A stretch of 64,000 nucleotides of DNA, from NCBI GenBank assembly GCA_041394885.1, contig JAWKHI010000018.1:48754-112753 (forward strand). The letters run 5' to 3'. The notes beneath the pieces were generated by a model. The model did no database searches and had not been told where the DNA came from. It saw only the letters and a program-made list of their open reading frames with translations. Positions 48,986-59,036 of the stretch are shown here, one piece after another. This DNA is from Bryobacteraceae bacterium (GTDB lineage Bacteria; Acidobacteriota; Terriglobia; Bryobacterales; Bryobacteraceae). Position 1 is the first letter of the stretch. The number at the start of each line of letters is the position of its first letter. The translations under genes were made by a program, and so were the position numbers.

Positions 48986-49026
48986 CTTAACAACTTCTCC
49001 GCAGGAAGTTATCGGCAACCGGCTGT

Positions 49027-49605
49027 CTATTTGTGCTGGATCTCCCAATCGTAGGCGATGTCCGGGCTGTTATAGGCGATGCGGCCCTCGTCGGACGGGT
49101 CATACAGCCGGTCCGTGACATAGACCAGAAGCGCCGGCTCTGTTCCGATCACCTTGTACCCATGCGCCACGCCGGGCGGGATGATGATCTGCCACGGCCG
49201 GAGTCCGCCGACATAGAACGTGTTTTTCTCGCCGAAACTGGGCGAATCCGGACGCAAATCCGCCAGCGCCACCTGCAGCATCCCGGTAACGGGCACCCAG
49301 CAATCGGTCTGGTTTCTATGGTAGTGGAACGCCTTGATCGTTCCCGGATAGCTGAGGGCCGCCGATACTTGCGTCGATTCGGGTGGAAACTCCGCTACAA
49401 GCCCCTGGCCCAGCCGCGCTACTTCGAGGAAATAGCCACGATCATCGGGCCATATCTTGCCCGGATGAATACGCACTCCGGCAATGAGATCCGGCGATTC
49501 CGGGGACTGGATCAGCGCTCCCAGGCCCGGCGTGGAACAACGGAAAGAAGGTATCGAAGAGGCCAACTCAACATGATACAATAGCGGCTCCCGATGCCGA
49601 TACAT
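49027..49605 (-). CDS. RmlC-like cupin (dTDP-4-dehydrorhamnose 3,5-epimerase family); start uncertain
   Basis: The C-terminal 150 aa of ORF 49027..49845 read DDRGYFLEVAR...AFHYHRNQTDCWVPVTGMLQVAL...PPGVAHGYKVIG. The upstream part of the ORF is antisense of the next gene. Confidence 0.65.
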   Translation of the reverse strand: MYRHREPLLYHVELASSIPSFRCSTPGLGALIQSPESPDLIAGVRIHPGKIWPDDRGYFLEVARLGQGLVAEFPPESTQVSAALSYPGTIKAFHYHRNQTDCWVPVTGMLQVALADLRPDSPSFGEKNTFYVGGLRPWQIIIPPGVAHGYKVIGTEPALLVYVTDRLYDPSDEGRIAYNSPDIAYDWEIQHK

Positions 49606-49941
49606 CACTGGGATGAAATCCCGCTCGAACAGATGAATCCGAACTTCGCGCGCAAAGTGATCCACACCGAACGGATGACTATCGCCCGCGTGATGCTGGC
49701 CAAGGGGTCTGTCGTGCCGCGGCACAGTCACGAGAACGAACAGGTTACGGTGCTTGAAGCGGGCCGTCTGCGATTCCAATTCGACGATGGCGAAGCGGAG
49801 ATCGCGGCCGGCGAGGTGATGCAGATTCCGCCCAACGCGCCGCATCTGGTGGAGGCGCTCGAAGACAGCGTCGCCTATGACTTATTCGCTCCTGTGCGGG
49901 CCGATTGGATCCGGGGCGACGACGGGTATCTTCGGAAGTAA
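49594..49941 (+). CDS. small cupin-domain protein
   Basis: 115 aa with GSVVPRHSHENEQVTVLEAGRLRF...GEVMQIPPNAPHLVEA (cupin motifs 1 and 2). Confidence 0.7.
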   Translation: MPIHHWDEIPLEQMNPNFARKVIHTERMTIARVMLAKGSVVPRHSHENEQVTVLEAGRLRFQFDDGEAEIAAGEVMQIPPNAPHLVEALEDSVAYDLFAPVRADWIRGDDGYLRK

Positions 49942-50018
49942 GCGCGGGCGGCAGTCAGTAACATCGGGCGCGGCGCGGTGCGCTTCCGGCTCCCGATGCG
50001 CGTCGGTGTCTCAGGGGG

Positions 50019-52364
50019 TTAGTCTTGCGGGTGGCGTGCGATGGCGCCCAGCAGATGCATGGCGACTTCTTTGCCGCGCTCGCCGATTTCGCCCATGGGG
50101 CCGACGCAACTGGGGCAACCGGACTCGCAGGGGCAGCGGGCGATCAATTCCTCGCCCATGGCGACCAGGCGGCGGCGCACGGCAAAGAGGGGCTCGCTCA
50201 ATCCGATGCCGCCGGGGTAGGAGTCGTAAAGGAACAGGTCCGGCTCCCAAACCTGGAGGCTGGTGGCGATGTCTTCGGTGAGGGCGACACCGAGATCGCG
50301 GGGGTCGCACATGAGCAGCAACGCGGCGACGGCCCGGAGGGCATTGCCGATGCCGATCAGGCCGGCTTGCTTTTCGGCGGGTCCGTAGGCGGGAAAGCGG
50401 TCCAGAAACGAGGCGGGGAAATGCAGCCAGAAGGCGGTGGTGTGCATTTCCTGTTCGGGCAGCGAGAGGTTGCCGGCGCCGACGTTTTCGTTGGTGTAGA
50501 ACTTCACTTTCTTGAATCCGACGATTTGGCGATTGACGCGGACTTCCCCGTGGCGGGCGAAGGCTGGATCCATGGGCTCGCTAGCGAACTGATCGAGCTC
50601 CTTGACCTGCGTGTAGTCGATGGCGTCGGTAAAGTAGTCGCATTCGACGCGGCGGACATAGGCCTTGCGATTTTCGAAATCGAGGCGCTCCACTTGATAC
50701 TGGCGGGCTTCGTGGAGATAGATCGCCTTTTCGTGGAGTTCGGAAGGCGCGGCGGTGTAGGCGACTTCGGCGATGACCTTGGGCTCGCCGGTCTCGTCGA
50801 TGACGACGAAGTTATCGCTCGACACGCTGCGGAGGCTGATGGCGTCGGCGGGATAGGTGTCGGAAGTCCAGTGCCAGGCGTCGCCGGAGCGATGGAGCAA
50901 GTGTAGTTCCTCGAGCACGGGGGCGAGACTGGCGACGGGGTAACGGCCGAAGGATTCGCCGTCGCGCAGGGGCAGTTCGAACGCGGCGCACTTGAGGTGG
51001 CTCAAGAGTATCTCGGCGTTATCGGGATTGATTTGCGCCTGTTCGGGAGGGCGTTCGAAGAAGTAATCGGGATGCTCGACGATGAATTGATCGAGTGGTG
51101 CGCTGGAGGCGACCATGACGGCGAGCGAAGTGGTCTGACGGCGTCCGGCGCGTCCGGCACGCTGCCAGGTGGAGGCGACGGTGCCGGGATAGCCGGCCAT
51201 GACGACGGCGTCGAGCGAACCGATGTCGATGCCGAGCTCCAATGCGTTGGTGGCGACGATGGCGCGGATATCACCATCGCGCATCTTGCGTTCAATCTCG
51301 CGGCGCTCCCGCGGGAGGTAGCCGCCCCGATATCCGCGAACGCCTTCGGGACCCATCGGCATCTTCTGGGCGGCGTCTTTGAGATAGGTGAGCAGGATTT
51401 CGGTGGCGAGCCGGTTGTTGGCGAACACGAGCGTCTGCTGGCCGCGCTCCATCAGTTCCACGGCGATGCGGCGGGTCTCGTGCAAATAGCTGCGGCGGAT
51501 GCCCAACTGGCGGTTGACGACGGGCGGATTATGAAAGACGAAATATTTCTCTCCGGAAGGGGCGCCGTTGTTGTCGACGAGGGAGAACTTTTCGCCGGTG
51601 AGCGCTTCGGCGAGTTCCCTGGGATTGGCAATTGTGGCCGAACTGCAGATGAATTGGGGGTTGGATCCGTAGAACTCGCAGATGCGCCGCAGACGGCGCA
51701 GGATGTTGGCGAAGTGGCTGCCGTAGACGCCGCGGTAGTAGTGCAACTCGTCGATGACGATATAGCGGAGCTTTTCGAAGGCCTTGGCCCATTTGGTGTG
51801 ATGGGGCAAGATGCCACTGTGGAGCATGTCGGGATTGGTGAGGACGACGTTGGCGCGTTCGCGGATGGCCTTGCGCGCGTCCTGTGGGGTGTCGCCGTCG
51901 TAGGTGAAGGCGCGAATGGCTGAGCCCATCTGCTCCACCGAGGCGTTGAATTCGGCGAGTTGATCTTCGGCGAGGGCCTTGGTGGGGAAGACGTAGAAGG
52001 CGCGGCCCTGAGGGTCGGCGAGGAGGCGATTCCAGACGGGCAGGTTGTAGCAGAGCGTCTTGCCGCTGGCGGTGGGAGTGACGACGACGACATTGGCGCC
52101 GCCATTTACCAGCGAGAGGGATTCGGCCTGATGGGAATAGAGGCTGGCAATGCCGCGTCGCGCGAGGGCGCCGGAGAGGGTGGGGTGGACCGAATCCGGG
52201 ATGGGGATCCATTGGGGCTGGCGGGCGGGTTGATGGCGTATGTGGCGGATGGGGGAATCGGGCCGAAGGGCTTGTTCGCGGAAGCGGGCGACGGCGGCTT
52301 CGACGTCAGCTTGGCGGGAAGGAAAGAGGTCAGGCGGGTGATCGTCAAACAAACTAGGGGTCAT
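50019..52364 (-). CDS. DEAD/DEAH-box helicase with a C-terminal DUF1998 zinc-binding domain (MrfA/YprA-like)
   Basis: Motif I TPTASGKT, motif II VIDELH, and motif VI QRAGRAGRR, with C-terminal CPCESGCPSCV. Confidence 0.85.
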   Translation of the reverse strand: MTPSLFDDHPPDLFPSRQADVEAAVARFREQALRPDSPIRHIRHQPARQPQWIPIPDSVHPTLSGALARRGIASLYSHQAESLSLVNGGANVVVVTPTASGKTLCYNLPVWNRLLADPQGRAFYVFPTKALAEDQLAEFNASVEQMGSAIRAFTYDGDTPQDARKAIRERANVVLTNPDMLHSGILPHHTKWAKAFEKLRYIVIDELHYYRGVYGSHFANILRRLRRICEFYGSNPQFICSSATIANPRELAEALTGEKFSLVDNNGAPSGEKYFVFHNPPVVNRQLGIRRSYLHETRRIAVELMERGQQTLVFANNRLATEILLTYLKDAAQKMPMGPEGVRGYRGGYLPRERREIERKMRDGDIRAIVATNALELGIDIGSLDAVVMAGYPGTVASTWQRAGRAGRRQTTSLAVMVASSAPLDQFIVEHPDYFFERPPEQAQINPDNAEILLSHLKCAAFELPLRDGESFGRYPVASLAPVLEELHLLHRSGDAWHWTSDTYPADAISLRSVSSDNFVVIDETGEPKVIAEVAYTAAPSELHEKAIYLHEARQYQVERLDFENRKAYVRRVECDYFTDAIDYTQVKELDQFASEPMDPAFARHGEVRVNRQIVGFKKVKFYTNENVGAGNLSLPEQEMHTTAFWLHFPASFLDRFPAYGPAEKQAGLIGIGNALRAVAALLLMCDPRDLGVALTEDIATSLQVWEPDLFLYDSYPGGIGLSEPLFAVRRRLVAMGEELIARCPCESGCPSCVGPMGEIGERGKEVAMHLLGAIARHPQD

Positions 52365-52928
52365 ATGTTTTTTGCCTTTTCTTCGCCTGGGCTGGCATGA
52401 GCAGGACCAGCATACGGGCGCTTGGGAGGGTGGCGAAAACGGGCCTCTATCCGGTTTTCAGAAGAGGAACTTCACGTGGTATTCAGTGATCCACTCGCGC
52501 ATGAAGCGGATGGAGAGGATCGTCCAGTAGAGAACAACTCGAGGTTGTCGATGGACTTCAGATAAAGCGCGAAGAGTAGGATTCGGCATCCCAGATGGAC
52601 TGCCGTTCAGCGGCGTTGGCGACGTTGACGGCGACTTGGTCGATCGTGCTGATCCGTGATGTAGTGGTGGCAGAGCTCGACATGAGGGTTGAGGATCCAG
52701 CTCACCGGTCTTGCCGGAACTGCGCATGGATGCGATGCCAGCAGTGGCGCCGTCGGTGCGCGGACAGGCGAGACGGGCCGCACGCACCAGCTGGACATAT
52801 CACATGGTGGTAACAAGGCTGTCAGCGGCGACGACGGCGAAGGCAGGTCGCGCGCCTGGTCCGGCCCGATGGGAGGCATGGGAGGTGGCAGTTGTTTCAT
52901 TGCTCGCCTTCAGAATACACTTCCCAGG

Positions 52929-53546
52929 ATGCGATTGTTGATCCTGTTCACTCTGGTGTTGGCGTTTATCCTTGTGCCGTTTTTGCTGTGGGAGGAGCCC
53001 ATCCGCGCGGCGGTGGAGGAGTTCCTGGCGCTGCCTCACGCGCGAGCGTGGACAGCGGTGGTGCTGGCTGCGGTATTGGCGCTGGACATCGTGCTGCCGG
53101 TGCCATCGAGCATAGTGAGTACGGCGGCGGGAACGCTGCTCGGGTTTCCGCTGGGCGCGGCCGCGTCGCTGGCGGGCATGACGGCAGGTTGCGCCCTGGG
53201 CTACGGATTGGGATTGCGCGCGCCCGCGCACAGGTTGGTTTCCATGGCGGAGTTGGAGCGCCTGCGGGCGGCGCAGCATCGATGGGGGGACTGGATGCTG
53301 GCGATCTTCCGCCCGGTGCCGGTGTTAGCGGAGGCGTCCGTGCTGTTTGCCGGGATGACACGGGCGCCGTTTGCGCGATTCCTGCTGCTTACGGCGTTGG
53401 CCAACCTGGGGATATCGGTCATCTATGCCGCGGCGGGCGCGTGGGCGCCGGGGGCGGGATCTTTTGTTTACGCGCTGGCGGCCGCGCTGGTGCTGCCCGG
53501 AGTGGCGATGTGGGCGCTGCGAAGGATCGGCGGAAGCCGCGTCTAA
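52929..53546 (+). CDS. DedA/VTT-domain membrane protein
   Basis: Internal ATG at 52929 of ORF 52689..53546. MRLLILFTLVLAFILVPFLLW with multi-TM, SNARE-associated-type composition. Confidence 0.6.
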   Translation: MRLLILFTLVLAFILVPFLLWEEPIRAAVEEFLALPHARAWTAVVLAAVLALDIVLPVPSSIVSTAAGTLLGFPLGAAASLAGMTAGCALGYGLGLRAPAHRLVSMAELERLRAAQHRWGDWMLAIFRPVPVLAEASVLFAGMTRAPFARFLLLTALANLGISVIYAAAGAWAPGAGSFVYALAAALVLPGVAMWALRRIGGSRV

Positions 53547-53621
53547 GCACTCGCCGGCACAACGGAGCTGGGGCAGCGAATTCTTGCGTGCCTTTAGGGC
53601 GCCCCGCCCTGTGCCGGCTAA

Positions 53622-54821
53622 TCAGCCGGCGGATTTTCTGACACGCGCCGGTGGAGCGTCAATGGCGTCGAGCAGGACATGCACGTCGAAAGCTTCCACG
53701 CCCGGGGCGAGCGCCCGCGTGGGCGGCGCCGAGGGTGATTTGCGGTGGATGACGGCAGCACGCACCTCGACCTGGCCTCCGATTGAGCGCCGCAGGGATT
53801 CGATCGGCCTAGCCATGGCGGGGTGGACGGTCTTGGAGGCCTTGCACTCCACTATCCACAGGCGTCCGCGTTTGTCGGGGAACAGGAAGTCGACTTCGAG
53901 GCCCTGCTGATCGCGGAAATGATACAGCTCTTTTCTACGGCCCTGATTGACCTGGTGCTTCAGGATCTCGGCGGCGACGAAGCCTTCAAAGAGGGAGCCG
54001 AGGAACGGGGACCGGTCGAGTTCGGCGGGGGTGGTGATGCCAAGGAGGTGGCAGGCCATGCCGGAGTCTGTGATGTAAACCTTCGGAGATTTGATGAGGC
54101 GCTTGCCGAAGTTCTCGAAGTAGGGCGGAACGAGCATAATCTGGCCCGTGATCTCGAGCACGTGGAGCCAGTCGCCCACGGTAGGGACGGTGACTCCGAG
54201 GGGAGAGGCGATATCGGTTTTGTTGAGAATCTTGCCGTGCCGGCTGGCCAGGAGCGCGAGGAAGCGGCGGAAGGTGGCGAGGTCCCGGACGTTGACGATG
54301 GAGCGAACATCGCGCTCGAGATAGGTTTGGATGTAGGAGTCAAACCAAAGGGCGCGGCTCTTGGGGCGGGCGGCTACTTCCGGAAAACCGCCGTGAAGAA
54401 GGGTGACGCGGCTGGATTCGGCGACGCTGAGCGGGAGGAGTTGGAGGATGGCGGCGCGTCCCGCCATTGACTCCGCGACGCCCTGCATGAGAGGGGCCTC
54501 TTGCGAGCCAGTGAAGAGCCACTGGCCGGTTTTCCGGGGATGCCGGTCAATGCGGGTGCGGATATAGCCGAACAACTCGGGGACGTTCTGGATTTCGTCG
54601 AATAGGACTGGAGGGCGGAGTTCGTCGATGAGGGTGCGGGGGTCGGAGCGGGCGCGGGTCTGGATGTCGGAATCTTCGAGGAGGATGTATTGGGCGCGAG
54701 GGAAATAGCGCCGCAGGAGGGTTGTTTTGCCGGTGCGTCGAGGGCCTGTTACGACGACGGCGGGGAAGGCCCGGACGGCGTCGAGGAGGACGGCGTCGAT
54801 GGATCGGGAGAGGAACCGCAT
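53622..54821 (-). CDS. AAA-family ATPase with a DUF4143-type C-terminal domain
   Basis: VVVTGPRRTGKTTLL Walker A, LFDEIQNVPELF Walker B. About 400 aa with the architecture typical of the AAA_14/DUF4143 family. Confidence 0.8.
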   Translation of the reverse strand: MRFLSRSIDAVLLDAVRAFPAVVVTGPRRTGKTTLLRRYFPRAQYILLEDSDIQTRARSDPRTLIDELRPPVLFDEIQNVPELFGYIRTRIDRHPRKTGQWLFTGSQEAPLMQGVAESMAGRAAILQLLPLSVAESSRVTLLHGGFPEVAARPKSRALWFDSYIQTYLERDVRSIVNVRDLATFRRFLALLASRHGKILNKTDIASPLGVTVPTVGDWLHVLEITGQIMLVPPYFENFGKRLIKSPKVYITDSGMACHLLGITTPAELDRSPFLGSLFEGFVAAEILKHQVNQGRRKELYHFRDQQGLEVDFLFPDKRGRLWIVECKASKTVHPAMARPIESLRRSIGGQVEVRAAVIHRKSPSAPPTRALAPGVEAFDVHVLLDAIDAPPARVRKSAG

Positions 54822-54823
54822 AT

Positions 54824-54854
54824 GAGAATTCTAAACTAGAACTTTAGAATTCTC
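54824..54854. promoter_or_regulatory. perfect 12-bp inverted repeat 2 nt upstream of the ATPase ATG
   Basis: GAGAATTCTAAA (54824..54835), a 7-nt spacer, then TTTAGAATTCTC (54843..54854), in a locally AT-rich tract. Confidence 0.5.
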
Positions 54855-54922
54855 AAGGGTGTTGAAGGGGTGGGCGGCGGGGAATGGACAGGCGATGGGT
54901 TTTGAGAAATTTAAAGTAGCAG

Positions 54923-54940
54923 TTTAGAATTCTCAAGGGT
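54923..54940. repeat. second copy of an 18-bp motif TTTAGAATTCTCAAGGGT
   Basis: Identical to 54843..54860, 80 bp apart. Confidence 0.8.
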
Positions 54941-55049
54941 TGAGCGTTGGGGTAGCGGCGGTTGGCGAGGCGTGCCGCGGCCACTTTTGCATGCAAGGGT
55001 GTCGTGGGTTGTTTGGGGGGAGCCGATATTGCGCGGCCGCGGCGCTAAC

Positions 55050-56492
55050 ATGGAAACCATGCCAAATCGAATGCAGCGCCGCCTTTTTTGCTCTGGGGGA
55101 GGTGCTTGGATCGCCGCTGCGGCGGCGGGCGCTTCGCCGCTGCAAGGGGGTGGGAAGCCGAATATTGTGCTGGTGCTGATGGACAATCTGGGATGGGGGG
55201 AATTGGGATGTTATGGGGGAGGGATCCTTCGCGGGGCGCCGACGCCGCGGCTCGACAAGCTGGCGGGTGAAGGGTTGCGGTTGTTGAACTTCAACGTGGA
55301 GGCGCAGTGTGTGCCGAGCCGTGCGGCGCTGCTCACCGGACGCTATGCGATCCGCGGCGGCAATGGTTCGGTGCCGCTCGAGACGCCGGTGTACGGACTC
55401 ACCCAGTGGGAGCATACGCTTGCGGAAATGCTTTCCGACGCGGGCTATGCGACGGCGATGTATGGGAAGTGGCATCTCGGGCAGACGAAGGGGCGGTTTC
55501 CCACCGACCACGGGTTCGACGAATGGTATGGGATTCCAAATTCGTCGAATGATTCGTTCTGGCCGACCAACTCGCGGTTCCGGCCGGGCGCGCATCCGTT
55601 TGTGAAGTATGCCGAGGTGATGCAGTCGCGGCGCGGCGAGGATCCGCAGCGGGTGAAGACGTACGACTTGGAGGCGCGGGCGTCGATAGACGGGGAGATC
55701 ACCACGCGCGGAATCGATTTCATGCGCCGGCAGTCGGCGCAGCGCAAGCCGTTCTTTCTGTATTTGCCGTATACGATGCCACATATGCCGCTGACGGCGG
55801 CGCCGGAGTTCGCCGGCAAGACGCGGAACGGGGAATTCGCCGATGTGCTCACGCAGATCGATACCTACACAGGGCGACTGCTCGACGAAGTGGACCGGCT
55901 CGGCATCCGCGACGACACAGTATTCATCTTCGCCTCCGACAACGGCGGAGAGGCGACGCCGCCGTATCACGGCTTCAACGGCCCATGGCGCGGCACATAC
56001 TTCACGGGCTTCGAGGGCTCACTGCGCGCACCGCTTCTGATACGGTGGCCGGGCCGGGTGCCGGCGGGAGCGGTGAGCAACGAGATTGTGCATGAGATGG
56101 ACCTGTACCCGACGCTGGCGCGGGTGGCGGGCGGGCGTGTGCCGACCGATCGGATTGTGGATGGTGTGGATCAACTGGATTTTCTGACGGGGAAGAAGAA
56201 GGAGTCCAATCGCGAGTCTCTGGTGATTTACCTTTCGAACGAAATCTGCGGCGTGAAATGGCGGAACTGGAAGATGATCACAAGGGAAGTGGATCGCGGT
56301 TTCGGCGAGCCGGTGAAGCAGTACAGTTTTCCGCTCTGGTACGATCTGCACACCGATCCGAAGGAGGAGAATCCGCTGGATCCGCGGTGGGTGGAGAATC
56401 TGTGGGTGCGGTGGCCGGCGGGGCAGGTGCTGGTGGATCACAGGGCGTCGCTAAAGAAGGAACCTGCGATCGCACCGGGCACGCCCGATTGA
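55050..56492 (+). CDS. sulfatase (arylsulfatase family)
   Basis: ATG 55050 gives METMPNRMQRRLFCSGGGAWIAAAAAGA. PNIVLVLMDNLGWGE and the FGly motif CVPSRAALLTGR. Confidence 0.85.
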   Translation: METMPNRMQRRLFCSGGGAWIAAAAAGASPLQGGGKPNIVLVLMDNLGWGELGCYGGGILRGAPTPRLDKLAGEGLRLLNFNVEAQCVPSRAALLTGRYAIRGGNGSVPLETPVYGLTQWEHTLAEMLSDAGYATAMYGKWHLGQTKGRFPTDHGFDEWYGIPNSSNDSFWPTNSRFRPGAHPFVKYAEVMQSRRGEDPQRVKTYDLEARASIDGEITTRGIDFMRRQSAQRKPFFLYLPYTMPHMPLTAAPEFAGKTRNGEFADVLTQIDTYTGRLLDEVDRLGIRDDTVFIFASDNGGEATPPYHGFNGPWRGTYFTGFEGSLRAPLLIRWPGRVPAGAVSNEIVHEMDLYPTLARVAGGRVPTDRIVDGVDQLDFLTGKKKESNRESLVIYLSNEICGVKWRNWKMITREVDRGFGEPVKQYSFPLWYDLHTDPKEENPLDPRWVENLWVRWPAGQVLVDHRASLKKEPAIAPGTPD

Positions 56493-56541
56493 GGGAACAG
56501 GAAATCGCATCCGCCGCCACAACAGCGGCATCATAGAATAT

Positions 56542-57087
56542 GTGAGCAAACTTCTGTTATTGGCGGCGATTCCCTGCGCGGGGGCACTCATGGCGGCTAC
56601 CTCGATTCACGAATTCACGCCCAAGTCGATCGAAGGCAAACCGGCGCCCTTGTCGGCCTACAAGGGGAAGGTGGCGCTCGTGGTGAATGTGGCGAGCAAG
56701 TGCGGCTTTACGCCTCAGTACGAGGGATTGGAAGCGCTCTATCGGAAGTACAAGGATCGGGGGTTTGTGGTGCTTGGGTTTCCATCGAATGATTTCATGT
56801 GGCAGGAACCGGGAACCAACGGAGAGATCGCGGCGTTTTGCAAGCGCAAGTACGGGGTAAGCTTTCCGATGTTCGCCAAGGTAAGCGTGCGGGGATCGGG
56901 GAGCGAACCGCTGTATCGCTTCCTCACCGACAAGAAGGCGAATCCGTCGACGGGTGGCATGATTATGTGGAACTTCACCAAGTTCCTGGTGGACGGTGAG
57001 GGGAAGGTGATCGCGCGATTCGGGCCGCGGACGGAACCGGATTCTCAAGAAGTGATCGACGCGGTAGAGCGGGCCTTGCGAAAATGA
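56542..57087 (+). CDS. glutathione peroxidase (Cys type)
   Basis: VVNVASKCGFTPQYEGLEALY and LGFPSNDFMWQEPG, with WNFTKFLV. GTG start. Confidence 0.9.
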   Translation: MSKLLLLAAIPCAGALMAATSIHEFTPKSIEGKPAPLSAYKGKVALVVNVASKCGFTPQYEGLEALYRKYKDRGFVVLGFPSNDFMWQEPGTNGEIAAFCKRKYGVSFPMFAKVSVRGSGSEPLYRFLTDKKANPSTGGMIMWNFTKFLVDGEGKVIARFGPRTEPDSQEVIDAVERALRK

Positions 57088-57091
57088 GCGG

Positions 57092-57625
57092 ATGCACCCG
57101 CTGCTCGCCGCTTTGCTGATCCTGCTCTGTATGGTGGCGGCGATATGGGATTGGCGGCTTCGGATCATTCCCAATTGGATTACGGTTCCGGTGGCGGCTG
57201 CCGGGCTAGCGGCGCAGGTCTGGCTCGGGGGAACGGCCGGCTTGCAGCAGGCGGCGGCGGGTATGGGGGTGGCGTTTCTGATCACGGTTCCGCTCTTCGT
57301 ACTGCGGGCGCTCGGCGGGGGCGATGTGAAGTTGATGGCGGCGAGCGGGGTTCTGCTTGGGCCTTCGCAGTTCGGCGTGCTGTTCATCGTCAATGCGATT
57401 GCAGGTGGTGTGATCGCAATCGTGTATGCACTGGCGAAGGGACGGCTCGGCGGCACGCTGCGCAATGTGGGTACGATCCTGCAGTCAATAGGGCGTGGGC
57501 AGGCGCCGGTTGATGCGAAGCCGGAACTGGACATCGCGCATCCGGAGGCGCTGACGATGCCGCGGGGGACCATTTACGCGGTGTGCGCGCTTATTCTGTG
57601 GGCATCCGGGCAATTTCGAGTGTGA
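57092..57625 (+). CDS. A24-family prepilin peptidase (CpaA/TadV-like)
   Basis: Multi-TM protein of 177 aa with AIWDWRLRIIPN and the second catalytic Asp in GGGDVKLM. Confidence 0.8.
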   Translation: MHPLLAALLILLCMVAAIWDWRLRIIPNWITVPVAAAGLAAQVWLGGTAGLQQAAAGMGVAFLITVPLFVLRALGGGDVKLMAASGVLLGPSQFGVLFIVNAIAGGVIAIVYALAKGRLGGTLRNVGTILQSIGRGQAPVDAKPELDIAHPEALTMPRGTIYAVCALILWASGQFRV

Positions 57626-59036
57626 GCGCGATTTCCTCGTCGACGCGCGCGTCGTCCCAGTCAAGCAGCGCGCCCATCTCGCGGGCGAGCGGGCGGAGGT
57701 CCTCCGCGGTCCAGAGTCGCTCGTGACCCCAATAGGTGGACACGAACATCAGGTCCGGGAGCCGGCGGGCCATCTCGTGCTTGACCGCATAGGCCAGGGG
57801 TCCACCGGCTTGGGCGATCGCGGCGGCCGGATCGGGTAGTTTCTCTGACGCGGTTCGCGACTTTCCTTGCCACCGCGGCGTGATCAGGTCCACGGCTTCC
57901 TCGGCCATCGAACGGTAGGTGGTGTACTTACCGCCGGCGATCTTGAGGACGCCTTCTTCCATCCAGATGCGGTGTGAGCGGGAGGCCGCGGTTGCGGAAG
58001 CGCCTTTGGTGACGATTAAAGGACGGAGCGAACTGTATGCGGCGACGGGTTCGGAGGACTTGCCGGGAAAGAGCCGTTCCACGACGTCGCGCAAATAGCG
58101 GGTCTCGGCGGCAGAGATACGGACGTCATCGGCGGTGCCGCCGTGGTCAACATCGGTGGTCCCCACGAGTGACAGGGTCTTTTCCGGGCCCCAGGGAATG
58201 ACGAAAATGATTCTGCCATCAGGGCCGAAATACGCGATCGCGCTGTCGCTTGCATTCAAGCGCGGGACGATGATGTGCGACCCGCGGACGAGGCGGACGT
58301 TGCCACCGGTCTCCCAGGGGCCCCTCGCGTCGACGATCTGACGTGTGCGCAGCAAACGCGTGGCGCCTGTGAATGTGTCGGCGACTTCGCAGGTGAATCC
58401 ATCGGCGGCGCGCTGCCAGGGCCGAGCCTCGGCGTAGTTGGCGATGAGCGCGCCGTGGCGCGCGGCGTCCTGCAGATTCTCGAGGACGAGGCGTGCCGAG
58501 CCCACGGCGCAATCGTAATAGATCGCCGCCGAGTGCAGCCCGCCGGTGGCAAGCGCCGGTTCCATCCGGGCCACTTCGGCGCGACTCAAGTATCGCCGTT
58601 CGCCGATGTTGAAGCTGCCGGCGAGCTGATCGTAGAGCCAGAGCCCGGCGCCGTAGAAGTAGCGGTCGAACGCGCGATAGAACGGCAGCAGCAGCGGCAG
58701 GGGATGGACCAGATGCGGCGCTATTTCGAGCAAAGTTCTACGTTCATGGAGGGCTTCCCTGACCGGCGAAAACTCGAAGTACTTCAAATACCGCAAGCCG
58801 CCGTGGATGAGCTGTGAGTTCCGGCCACTGGTGCCGGAAGAAAAATGCCTTTGTTCGACGAGACCGATCCGCAAGGGTTCAGAGGCTGCTTCCGAGCGCA
58901 AGGCGAGGTCGCGGGCGATGCCGGCGCCGTTGATGCCGCCGCCGACGATGAGCACGTCGAGAGGCGCACGCGCCATTTCCTCGAGATGCTGTTCGCGTGC
59001 GCCGATTTGGATGGACGGGGCCAAGGCCGTGCTCAA
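57591..59036 (-). CDS. glpD: FAD-dependent glycerol-3-phosphate dehydrogenase
   Basis: DVLIVGGGINGAGIARDLALR dinucleotide fold. Length and C-terminal domain are typical of GlpD. Confidence 0.8.
   Translation of the reverse strand: MSTALAPSIQIGAREQHLEEMARAPLDVLIVGGGINGAGIARDLALRSEAASEPLRIGLVEQRHFSSGTSGRNSQLIHGGLRYLKYFEFSPVREALHERRTLLEIAPHLVHPLPLLLPFYRAFDRYFYGAGLWLYDQLAGSFNIGERRYLSRAEVARMEPALATGGLHSAAIYYDCAVGSARLVLENLQDAARHGALIANYAEARPWQRAADGFTCEVADTFTGATRLLRTRQIVDARGPWETGGNVRLVRGSHIIVPRLNASDSAIAYFGPDGRIIFVIPWGPEKTLSLVGTTDVDHGGTADDVRISAAETRYLRDVVERLFPGKSSEPVAAYSSLRPLIVTKGASATAASRSHRIWMEEGVLKIAGGKYTTYRSMAEEAVDLITPRWQGKSRTASEKLPDPAAAIAQAGGPLAYAVKHEMARRLPDLMFVSTYWGHERLWTAEDLRPLAREMGALLDWDDARVDEEIALTLEIARMPTE

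Noticed and set aside
52400-52928. Possible degraded minus-strand gene. Three frames give protein-like pieces: WILNPHVELCHHYITDQ, ISTIDQVAVNVANAAERQSIWDAESYSSRF, and YWTILSIRFMREWITEYHVKFLF* with a terminal Phe like an OMP barrel.
   Set aside because: I cannot assign a family, and the joins are speculative. It is recorded only as a hint that another frameshifted relic may lie upstream of the DedA gene.
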